Assembly: GCA_043732305.1 (NCBI GenBank)
Contig: JAYTHU010000019.1
Location: 1 to 19,156, forward strand
Length of the DNA stretch: 19,156 nucleotides
Source of the DNA: Oligoflexia bacterium
Lineage (GTDB): Bacteria > Bdellovibrionota > Bdellovibrionia > JABDDW01
Direction: 5' to 3'
The notes under the pieces were generated by a model. It did not search any database. It saw only the letters and a program-made list of their open reading frames with translations, and was not told the DNA's origin. A program made the position numbers and the translations under genes. The stretch's first letter is position 1. The number at the start of each line of letters is the position of its first letter. This document shows positions 1-8,000 of the stretch, piece by piece.

Positions 1-672
1 TCTCCATTCACAGCACATGGTGTTTTGATGGGAATTAAAGCGTCGGTTAAAGAAAAAATGAAAACTGACAGTCTCAAAGGCATTAAAGTTTCGATTCAAG
101 GAATCGGAAACGTGGGTCGTCACTTGGTTGAACTTTTACATAAAGAAAAAGCCATTATGACGGTGACTGATACGGATCAAGAAAAACTTGATCACGTGGC
201 CACTCAGTATGGGTGCAAAGTGGTTGGCGTTGACGATATTTATTCAGTCGATTGCGATATTTTTGCTCCCTGTGCTCTTGGCGCAATTCTCAATGACGTG
301 ACAATTCCACAACTCAAATGTCAGATTGTTGCTGGCGGAGCGAATAACGTTCTTAAAGATGCTCGTCACGGCGAAGCACTTAAAAAGCGCGGGATTTTAT
401 ATGCGACTGATTATGTGATTAACGCCGGTGGATTGATGAACGTGTATGTAGAACTTGAAGGCTACAGTCATGACCGCGCGCTAAACATGACCAAGGGCAT
501 TTATTATAATTTGCTCAAGGTTTTTGAATTGGCAAAAAATGAAGATGTCTCAACTAATATTGCCGCTGACAAAGTCGCGGAACAAAGAATTCAGCTCTTA
601 GGAAAACTAAAACAGAGTCATTTGGGAAGAAGCAATCGCTTCTTCAACACTTTGAAAGTTGAAAAAAGCTAA
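1..672 (+). CDS. Glu/Leu/Phe/Val dehydrogenase (leucine dehydrogenase-like), 5' truncated by the window edge
   Basis: Frame is open from base 1 (SPFTAHGVLMG, matching the family P-x-T-A-x-G-V motif). Rossmann motif QGIGNVG, plus DIFAPCALG, GGANN and DYVINAGG motifs. Stop overlaps the convergent gene by 4 bp. Confidence 0.92.
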   Translation, partial: SPFTAHGVLMGIKASVKEKMKTDSLKGIKVSIQGIGNVGRHLVELLHKEKAIMTVTDTDQEKLDHVATQYGCKVVGVDDIYSVDCDIFAPCALGAILNDVTIPQLKCQIVAGGANNVLKDARHGEALKKRGILYATDYVINAGGLMNVYVELEGYSHDRALNMTKGIYYNLLKVFELAKNEDVSTNIAADKVAEQRIQLLGKLKQSHLGRSNRFFNTLKVEKS

Positions 673-1154
673 CTCTTAGTTTTGAACTCCGCGAACAATT
701 GAGGAGACTCGTATAAACGAGTTTTTGAGAGCGATGCCGCAAATGTGCCCGAGTGCGTGTTTGCGGTTTTGCTTTTTTGAAGAGCCGCTATTTCTGATGT
801 TACTTTAATGTGAAAAAAATGAGCCAGATTTTCGGTTGTTGGGATCACGTTTAGAAAATCAGGCACATCTTTATTGATATATTTTTCATTTAAAGGTGCC
901 ACGACTTTATCTAATATCATATCTATGTCAGACAAATTCATAATCATCCCGGTGTCCGGATCAACATCCCCGGTGATGGTGATTTCTAATACGTAGTCGT
1001 GCGAATGTTCATTTACTGTGGATCCAAAGAACTTCTCGTTTACCTCGGCAGAAAATTTTTCTTGGTTGTAGCTATGAGAAGCTTTGAAGCCAATCTGCCG
1101 AGTGAGACTAAATTGTCTAGGGGAGGGGGCCTTGATCAGATGTGATTTCTCCAT
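669..1154 (-). CDS. 6-pyruvoyl-tetrahydropterin synthase / QueD-family T-fold protein, atypical (no catalytic Cys)
   Basis: Motifs FKASH, HSHDY, GDVDPDTGMIMNL, PTTENLA and RLYES match the PTPS scaffold. The protein contains no Cys, and the family LDH motif reads LNE. Confidence 0.85.
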   Translation of the reverse strand: MEKSHLIKAPSPRQFSLTRQIGFKASHSYNQEKFSAEVNEKFFGSTVNEHSHDYVLEITITGDVDPDTGMIMNLSDIDMILDKVVAPLNEKYINKDVPDFLNVIPTTENLAHFFHIKVTSEIAALQKSKTANTHSGTFAASLSKTRLYESPQLFAEFKTKS

Positions 1155-1163
1155 CTTTACAAC

Positions 1164-1886
1164 CTAAGCCACAGTCATTTTTTTAGGAATCTTTTTTGTC
1201 TTTTTGACCTGAGATATCACGTAGGCCAAAATTATACGTCCCAATGGCTGTTGCTTCTGAAACATGACACTGTAGCCATCTTCCACTTTTTCCGAAACAT
1301 GGGTTATTTTCGCCTGTGTTTTGAAAGTTAGCCTTCCATACTTAAATGAGAGCTTTAAGATATCGCCGTTGGTGAGTGGGGCGTCAGATTTAAAAAATCC
1401 ACCGCCAGTTGAGAGGTCAATAAATTCGACTGAAAAATACTTATCGCCGGCTTCTATAGTTCCGAGGTGATTGAATTTATAGCGAGGCAGACTTTCCCAC
1501 CATCGAGCCCGAGGATCAAAGTAAGGAGCAAACACATGCTCTTGTAAAAACAAACCCGTCACGCTCAATGTTGTGACTTGAAAAAGCATGACCACATAGC
1601 GGCTGTAGTATTGATGATTAAAAAGCACATAGAAATTTCGACAAACAAGGACCGCCGCAAAAGCAACAAAGAGATAATATCCCCACCTTCTTACGCTCCA
1701 AATACCAAAGCCCACTATAGGGTAAAAACATAAAACAACTTTTTCGAAATCAGTGTAATGCTGAAGGACTCCGCGTGGTCCAGTGAGCGGCCAATGATTA
1801 AACCAGCCTGTCAGTAAAATATTTATTACGGGAGTGAAAAAAAAGCAGAATGAGAAAAGACGAATAGAGAACGGCTTTTGCAGCAT
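1164..1886 (-). CDS. Membrane-anchored PilZ-domain protein
   Basis: About four hydrophobic helices at the N-terminus, a PYFDPRARWWESLPRY linker, the DLSTGG (DxSxxG) motif and a beta-rich C-terminal domain. The RxxxR motif is degenerate (ExxxR). Confidence 0.78.
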   Translation of the reverse strand: MLQKPFSIRLFSFCFFFTPVINILLTGWFNHWPLTGPRGVLQHYTDFEKVVLCFYPIVGFGIWSVRRWGYYLFVAFAAVLVCRNFYVLFNHQYYSRYVVMLFQVTTLSVTGLFLQEHVFAPYFDPRARWWESLPRYKFNHLGTIEAGDKYFSVEFIDLSTGGGFFKSDAPLTNGDILKLSFKYGRLTFKTQAKITHVSEKVEDGYSVMFQKQQPLGRIILAYVISQVKKTKKIPKKMTVA

Positions 1887-1889
1887 TCT

Positions 1890-3551
1890 TCAACTCGCTT
1901 TTTTGTGCCTAGCGGGGATAACAAGATCGTAAACTTTAGACTCAATAAAAATATCTAAAAGAGTTTTATCAAGTTTTCCTTGTTTGACTTCATCGTGGAG
2001 AATATCAAGTGCACGAGTGACTTCCACGGCTTTCTTGTACGGACGATCAAAGGCGGTGAGTGCATCGTAAATATCGGCGATCGTCATCATCCGGGATTGC
2101 ACTGGAATCTGATCCGCGCGCAATTTGCGAGGATATCCAGTACCATCTAATTTTTCATGATGGGCATGTGCAATATCGGGGACCGATTGCAGTTGATCTG
2201 TCCAAGCGATACGATTTAAAAATTCATAAGTGAGTGCGACGTGCCCTTCAATCTGATTACGCTCGTCAGGACTGAGAGTTCCTCTGCGAACCGAAAGTCT
2301 CACGACTTCATCTTCAGTTAAAATCTTTTGTCCAACGTCATCGCTCATGCGCTTGATGTCTTTGATCATGCCATCGATGTCAAAATCTTTTTCCAGAACC
2401 TGGCTTTCGTTGGCTTTTATAATCCCTTTGCGAATTTTATCGAGCTGATTTCTAAAAGAATCGACATTCCAAAGTGAACGTCCGAGCTCGCCCTTAGCGT
2501 CAAAGATCTGCTTTTGTTCAACCAAATTAGCCATCATTTCCGCAGTCTGTTTCCAGGCCCGCGCTTCACTTATGGCAGCAATGGTTTGTAAACGCAAAAG
2601 GACCGTTTCTAATTCATGCGGGAAAAGCTTTTCACCTTTGACCAAGATAGCTTCACGGACACCAATTTTACCAAAATCATGGAGAAGACTTGCGTAACGG
2701 ATTTCTTTGATCTGATCAGGCGTAAATTTAATTGATGCTAGCGGGCCCACATTCACAATATCTACAACCTCAGCAAGTCTAACGGTGAGAGTTGCGACTC
2801 GGTCACTATGACCAGAAGTGGAAGGGTCACGAGCTTCAATCGCGCTGACACTGGCGGTAACAAAGCTTTCGAAAAGTTTATTAATATCTTCTGTTAATTT
2901 TGCATTTTCCAAAGCAACTGCCGCGTGTGATGCAAAAGCGTGCATTAATTTGTCGTCATGATCTGAAAAAGCAATAATTTCTTTTTCTTCTAAACGAACA
3001 GAAGGAAGAGTGTCTTCTTCACGCCGATAGCTACGTGTCTTATTCACCAGCTGAACTACACCAAGAATTTTTCCCTTATTGGTTTTAATTGGAACGGCTA
3101 AAACAGATTTTGTACGGTATTTTAATTCACGATCCACATTGGGGTTAAATTTAAACGGATTATCCGAGGGAAGCGCATAAGCATCTCGAAGACGCACGCT
3201 AATCCCTGTTCCTGCCACATAGCCTGCAATGCTCTCGTTATTGATATCTAAAAGCTCTTTTTTCAATGGGATTTTAAATGAGTGATTGAGCGCATAGCAA
3301 AATCTCATGACGGGAATATAAGAAGGGCGAGCCCCGCCAATGCTATCTTGTTTTATTTTTTCGATGAGATAAATACTTCCGCCGTCAGCATTGGTATTTT
3401 CCGTGGCTTTTTCTAAAATCATTTGTAAAACTTTTGTTGATTCATGTTCGGCAGACAAAGCGGTTCCTACGTCGAGAAGGTTTTCTAATTCCTTATCAAC
3501 AGCAGCATCGCTGTGCATTTGCCTTGTGACTTTTAATTTAATTGAGCTCAA
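1890..3551 (-). CDS. GAF + HD-GYP cyclic-dinucleotide phosphodiesterase
   Basis: GAF domain (ADGGSIY, SIAGYVA, YRTKSVLAVP, GVVQLVNK, AAVALEN). HD-GYP motifs EARDPSTSGHS, LLHDFGKIG, HHEKLDGTGYP, IADIYDALT and RPYK. TTG start with GGAG 8 nt upstream. Confidence 0.93.
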   Translation of the reverse strand: MSSIKLKVTRQMHSDAAVDKELENLLDVGTALSAEHESTKVLQMILEKATENTNADGGSIYLIEKIKQDSIGGARPSYIPVMRFCYALNHSFKIPLKKELLDINNESIAGYVAGTGISVRLRDAYALPSDNPFKFNPNVDRELKYRTKSVLAVPIKTNKGKILGVVQLVNKTRSYRREEDTLPSVRLEEKEIIAFSDHDDKLMHAFASHAAVALENAKLTEDINKLFESFVTASVSAIEARDPSTSGHSDRVATLTVRLAEVVDIVNVGPLASIKFTPDQIKEIRYASLLHDFGKIGVREAILVKGEKLFPHELETVLLRLQTIAAISEARAWKQTAEMMANLVEQKQIFDAKGELGRSLWNVDSFRNQLDKIRKGIIKANESQVLEKDFDIDGMIKDIKRMSDDVGQKILTEDEVVRLSVRRGTLSPDERNQIEGHVALTYEFLNRIAWTDQLQSVPDIAHAHHEKLDGTGYPRKLRADQIPVQSRMMTIADIYDALTAFDRPYKKAVEVTRALDILHDEVKQGKLDKTLLDIFIESKVYDLVIPARHKKAS

Positions 3552-3608
3552 TTTAGTTGCTCCACCAAGTTACGTTCATAATCAACTTTCAGCAGTCTCT
3601 ACAATTAT

Positions 3609-3636
3609 TTATCGAGCTTTGCGAGGGCGGACTTGA
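3609..3636 (-). promoter_or_regulatory. Putative sigma28 (FliA) promoter of the HD-GYP/PilZ/PTPS operon
   Basis: Minus strand reads TCAAG-N15-CTCGATAA, against the consensus TAAA-N15-GCCGATAA, 57 nt upstream of the TTG start. Confidence 0.6.
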
Positions 3637-3664
3637 GAAAAGAATGGGCCAGTCGTGGAGAGGG

Positions 3665-3693
3665 AAAAATCCCGCACCTAGGTCGATGCGGGA
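3665..3693 (-). terminator. Rho-independent terminator
   Basis: Minus strand reads TCCCGCAT-CGACCTAG-GTGCGGGA followed by TTTTT, 7 nt after the stop of the 86-aa gene. Confidence 0.8.
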
Positions 3694-3700
3694 ATGAAAT

Positions 3701-3961
3701 TTAAGCGACTTTATTGCGATTTTGGAAGTGGTACATTTTGCGTTCGAAGTCCACCGGCCGCTTGCCTTCTTTGGTGATGAGACCTTCTTTGAACCAGGTG
3801 AAGTGTTCAGCGCAAAACTCGGCTTTCTCTGATTTTTTTGAACAGCCTTCTGTTTTACATCTGATGGGCATATTGACGACATTGCTGTTGTCTTTATGAC
3901 CTTCGTGTTTGTGATTTTCTTGTTTAGGTTTTTTGCCTTCTTTTTTTACTTGTTCCGACAT
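3701..3961 (-). CDS. Small basic protein with a CCCH-type zinc-finger-like motif
   Basis: C-x4-C-x9-C-x2-H motif (CKTEGC...FCAEH), Lys-rich N-terminus, GGAGG RBS, and its own promoter and terminator. Confidence 0.8.
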   Translation of the reverse strand: MSEQVKKEGKKPKQENHKHEGHKDNSNVVNMPIRCKTEGCSKKSEKAEFCAEHFTWFKEGLITKEGKRPVDFERKMYHFQNRNKVA

Positions 3962-4005
3962 ATCTAAGCCCTCCGCAAACGTTTAATCAATTGCTTCTAA
4001 TAGGC

Positions 4006-4032
4006 CTATCGGCCAGCTCGACAATGGGCTTA
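4006..4032 (-). promoter_or_regulatory. Sigma28 (FliA) promoter
   Basis: Minus strand reads TAAG-N15-GCCGATAG, near consensus with exact spacing, 44 nt upstream of the ATG at 3961. Confidence 0.8.
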
Positions 4033-4046
4033 AGTAAGTTATGACA

Positions 4047-4391
4047 TTAAGAACAAATCATCGCAACGCTCGCGTTTGAGCTACCGAAGTTTGAGGCAGT
4101 GTCTAAAGCTTGGACAAATAAAGTGTGATTGAAAACCGCTGGAATATTTACCATGTGAATGACGTCGTCCGTGGTGGTTTGATTTAAACCAGGATTATTG
4201 AAACTCCTAGCCAAAACAACACTCACGCAAGGTGAGTGACTTGTCGCTCGTGCAGTAAGTGTTATCCCACTCGTAAATTTGATAAGCACGGGTGACGGTA
4301 TCTTCAATATTTTGAAATTTGCTCTTTGTCCGTAGGCGTTTGCCCAATTGTAATTTCTTTGAACTCTTGGTGCTGAAAGTGGGGGAACTTC
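4047..4391 (-). pseudogene. Decayed paralogue of the N-terminal region of the 1297-aa prepilin-like gene
   Basis: 4252-4317, in a shifted frame, encodes FQNIEDTVTRAYQIYEWDNTYC versus FQNIENAMTRAYQIYSGDHTYC (16/22 identical). 4053-4136 encodes VFNHTLFVQALDTASNFGSSNASVAMIC versus VFNHTLNVMGIDTASNKSVSNVAIPIYC (15/28). Frameshifts and a deletion of about 430 bp separate the blocks. Confidence 0.85.
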
Positions 4392-4466
4392 AGTGTTGAG
4401 AAGGCTTGGTATTCTCTGAATTTCATCAATAAAAATAAAACTTTTCTTATTTGAAGATCGGACCAT
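4392..4466 (-). pseudogene. Short remnant of an AAA-family ATPase (AAA_14/COG1373-like Walker B region)
   Basis: Encodes MVRSSNKKSFIFIDEIQRIPSLLNT, an hhhhDEIQR-x-P-x-LLN Walker B segment. No Walker A motif or rest of the gene is present. Confidence 0.6.
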
Positions 4467-4547
4467 TAGCGGCAATAAATCGGATCGTATGAGCCGTTTT
4501 CCTATAATAGGTCTTGATTCCACTGAATTTTTACTAGCAAGCAACTA

Positions 4548-4886
4548 TCAAACATCTTTGGATTTACGAGGGGGGACGGGACCATTAAGGACTATACTTC
4601 GTAATTCTTGATGGCTATCCTCAAGCTTATCTTGTCTCTCAGTGATGCCCATCAATGCGTCAAGGACAACGTTGTTTTTAGCGTTTTGTTCTTCCATAAG
4701 CACAGCAAGTCTGTGTATTTCCGATTTGACTTCGTGTATTTCCGATTTGACTTCGTGCTTTGCGCTTTCGATTTTCTCAAGCAACTCGCCCTTCATTTCA
4801 AAGAGCATGGCCTTTGTGGCCGGGACTTCCCCAGCATTTCGAGGAATTTTGCGAATTACTTTTTTGGGAGTTTCCTTCTTTTTCAC
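4548..4886 (-). CDS. Hypothetical coiled-coil protein with a heptad tandem repeat
   Basis: 112-aa ORF with GTG start, basic N-terminus, heptad periodicity and HEVKSEI repeated twice. Confidence 0.75.
   Translation of the reverse strand: MKKKETPKKVIRKIPRNAGEVPATKAMLFEMKGELLEKIESAKHEVKSEIHEVKSEIHRLAVLMEEQNAKNNVVLDALMGITERQDKLEDSHQELRSIVLNGPVPPRKSKDV
4713..4757. repeat. Perfect 21-bp tandem repeat (2 copies plus 3 bp), in frame
   Basis: GTGTATTTCCGATTTGACTTC at 4713-4733 and 4734-4754, followed by GTG. Confidence 0.95.
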
Positions 4887-5043
4887 TATGGATGTAGTAA
4901 CAGGCCAATTGATCTTTGTCGAAATAAATTTCCCGCCGGCGCTGTCGATCCCTGAATAAATTTAAACGAAATCTTCTGCACCAAAGAATAACGAACGGTG
5001 ACTTCTGGATTTTAAGTTCTACCACAAAGACGGCGACATCATA

Positions 5044-8000
5044 TTAGCACGGGGCCATGCAGATACCTCTTCTCTGTCCTCCTGTTTGACTGGGCGGCCC
5101 CGATGGAACCCAAGCTGAGCCGTTCCAGGTGTATGGAGTTTGTCTGTATATAGTTTCATAGCAGCTACTCGCAGATTGAAAGTGGAGTATTCCTGTTGTT
5201 GAACTTGTATATTCAAACCAACTATCAGTTCCCCAATCGCAACCTAGCCGATTACTGGTGTAATCAGGTGGTTGCGGAGGAGCGGGAGGTGGACCGACTA
5301 CCGGAGGACAAGCTAGAGTGCCGCTGATTTTAAGTGATATGACTTCAGTGCAGGTGCCTGGAGCTCCGTCTGCGTTTCCAATCCAGTGAGTCCCATAACT
5401 CACAAGTGTACCACCTAAATTATATACAACCGTAGTATTGGGTCCAGTTCCAACGGAGGAGCAAGTGTTAATATTTGTATTGTATTGTGCACCCATAGAT
5501 CCATATTCGACAGGATAAGTGGTGTGATAATCGGGTACACCCAATGCTTGAAACTGTGTGCTCAACCACGCATCAGCATTGTTGTATGCAGGTACATCGC
5601 ATCCCCCACCATGACCACCACCTAGACAGTTCTCTGAAAACAGAGGACTTATGCATTGTACGCCACTACTACGAGTACTGCAGCTAGCCGCGGCTCCGCT
5701 GTTAGCGCCCACACACTGCCAACTGTAGGGATCGGTACCTGTGACTGAGGTCATAGTTCCTTGGTAACAAGCAAAATCTTGAGACGGAGAACCTGTTGTT
5801 GGATAGCTTGAGGCGCCACCACAGATGCCATTAATAGGAGTGCCACAAACACATTGATAGTGGTTGAATTGGGTGAAAGGAGTTGGTCCACAACTTTCTC
5901 TATTTTGGAATACCATTTCTTCATTGGCAGCGGGACAAGAAGTCACTTCAGGAGGAGAGACAGCATAGTGATAATTTGCTAGCCCTAACCAAATGGGACT
6001 TTCAGTATCTCCTGTGAGAGGTATGGTGGCGCCAGAAGGTGAATATGCCGTTATAGGCGTACTGCTGACATCAGATGGAAAACTTCCCGAACAAGGAAAA
6101 CTTGCCATGGCACTTTGCTCCCCCAGGAGACAGGACAGCAGCTGGGAGAGGGCAGACACTCGCACTCTGGTGTTTTCTTTAGCTTGGCCCGTTAAAATTT
6201 GAGGAAATCGTTTCAGCATTTCAGCAAGATAGCGATCGTGATCTTTCGGTTCGAGTCTGTACTCAGAAAGTTTGGCACTGGAACTATTTGTGCCAATGAA
6301 ATGCCAATAGCAACCGGTTGGACCGGTACAGGTTTCTGTTGTTGCCCATGAACCGCTCGCAAGGAAGGGCGGGCGGTAATGAACTCTCCAAGGCGCGGTC
6401 AATGTGTAGGAGTGACCCGCCACTGCATTGAATGAAATTGGCGGAAGAGCCCCGCTAATGCTATCTGATCCTGTGCTCCCTATGCATGGAGGATTTGATT
6501 TTATCGACAACATTGAGGTCGTATAGAATCCACCAGTCGTATTATCTACAACTGTCGGCACAGCATTCAGGCAGGCGAAAGGGGTCCCCCAATCATCCCA
6601 ATCTGCTTGATATGTTGAGTCTATTGTATAGGGTCCGCTTGTGGGCCAATTGGGGACAGTAACCGAACTTTGTCCATCAGTTGAGAACATTTGCAAGGCT
6701 GGAGGCGGAGCCATGCCTGCAAAAAGTGAACACGCATTTGTTGGACCGGTACAGCTTGAAAGGCTGACCATCAGCTGATCATAAGCCACGCGATTGGGTC
6801 CTCCGCAACTTGTTGTGCTATCGATGGCTCTACTGCTTTCCAGTTGCATGGAACCTTCGGTTCCCGAACAAGTCATGACGGCATCAACACCGCTACCGCT
6901 AGGAACAGTGGAGCAACTTAAACTAGTACTAGGAGTTGTGAATGCATTTTGCACATTTGTTTTTTGAGCTGCAGTAATAAACCCAGACGTCACCCAAGCG
7001 GAGAGTTTTGTATTAAGAGCTGCCTGATTTGCTGCAGGATAAAGAGTTAAGTTACGCACAGAAACTGGAGGGTCAGAACTCGGAGAAGAGCAACCCGGCC
7101 CTCCGTAAGATACGCTGAAACTGTCGCACACGCCGCTGGGTCCGTAGCCAGAGCAAGTCAAATCATCCGTATGACCAAGACCAGAACCGAGGCACTGCCA
7201 TATCCATGGACTTGCCGCTGTGCCAGCTCCTGAAAGATTAGCAAAGCTGCCATAGGCGCAACCGGTAGCCCCATTTGGCGCTGCGACAAGAATTGTTGAG
7301 CCACTGGGGGGCGAATTACAACTACCATTAATGGGTAGGAGAACGCAATTGCCAGCGGAAACTCCACAGCCTGAGCTACAGGCTGTGGCCACGCAAACAT
7401 CCCACGCACTTCCATCTACTAGGCAAGTTTGTGTGGTTGCAGTTGCAGTGCATCCCCCCGTATTTCCTGGAGGCACGCACAAAGTGGGATTGATTCCCGG
7501 GGTTGCCCCCCCTCGACAGAAAGTGCACTGCTGAGCTGTCCCAATAAACCAAGATACCGCTGATGATGAGCACCCGCATGTCCCCGGATTAGATCCATTC
7601 ACCTGCCAGTAAGAGTTAACAGGGGCTGTTAAGTTACAAGTCTGAGTGCCTCCTGGACAGTAATAATTTCCGGTGCAATTTCCCGTCAAAGGATCAGTAC
7701 AAGAAGTTGAAGTAGCTGGAAGACTCCAGCTAGGAGGAGGGCCCAAAGATGTTTGAACCCACCCAGGAGTCAGGTCAGGAGGGGCGCTGCAATTGGAAGC
7801 GGTAGTACTAAAAGTAGTTCCAGTACAACCTGTGCTTATTGCGCAAGGGCAGTAGATAGGAATCGCAACATTTGAAACAGATTTATTGCTTGCCGTATCA
7901 ATGCCCATGACATTCAGAGTGTGATTGAAAACCACCGGTGCTTGAGGAATTCCAGAAAGCTGAAGACTGACATCCGTGCTAGCAAAAGTAGTTCCATTGT

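Noticed and set aside
1837..1844. A8 tract near the start of the PilZ gene as a phase-variation site
   Set aside because: The tract is short, encodes Phe codons in a membrane helix, and similar runs are common in this AT-rich window.
4466..4473. A fourth sigma28 -10 box (GCCGCTAA, minus strand)
   Set aside because: It has a mismatch in the CGA core, no -35 element at 15 bp, and it overlaps the ATG of the remnant.
4047..4544. The 165-aa ORF as a genuine protein
   Set aside because: It is a chance in-frame join of an ATPase scrap and two pilin-like fragments, and one homologous block lies in a different frame.
4713..4757. The 21-bp repeats as a CRISPR array
   Set aside because: The copies are adjacent with no spacers, lie in frame inside a gene, and there are no cas genes.
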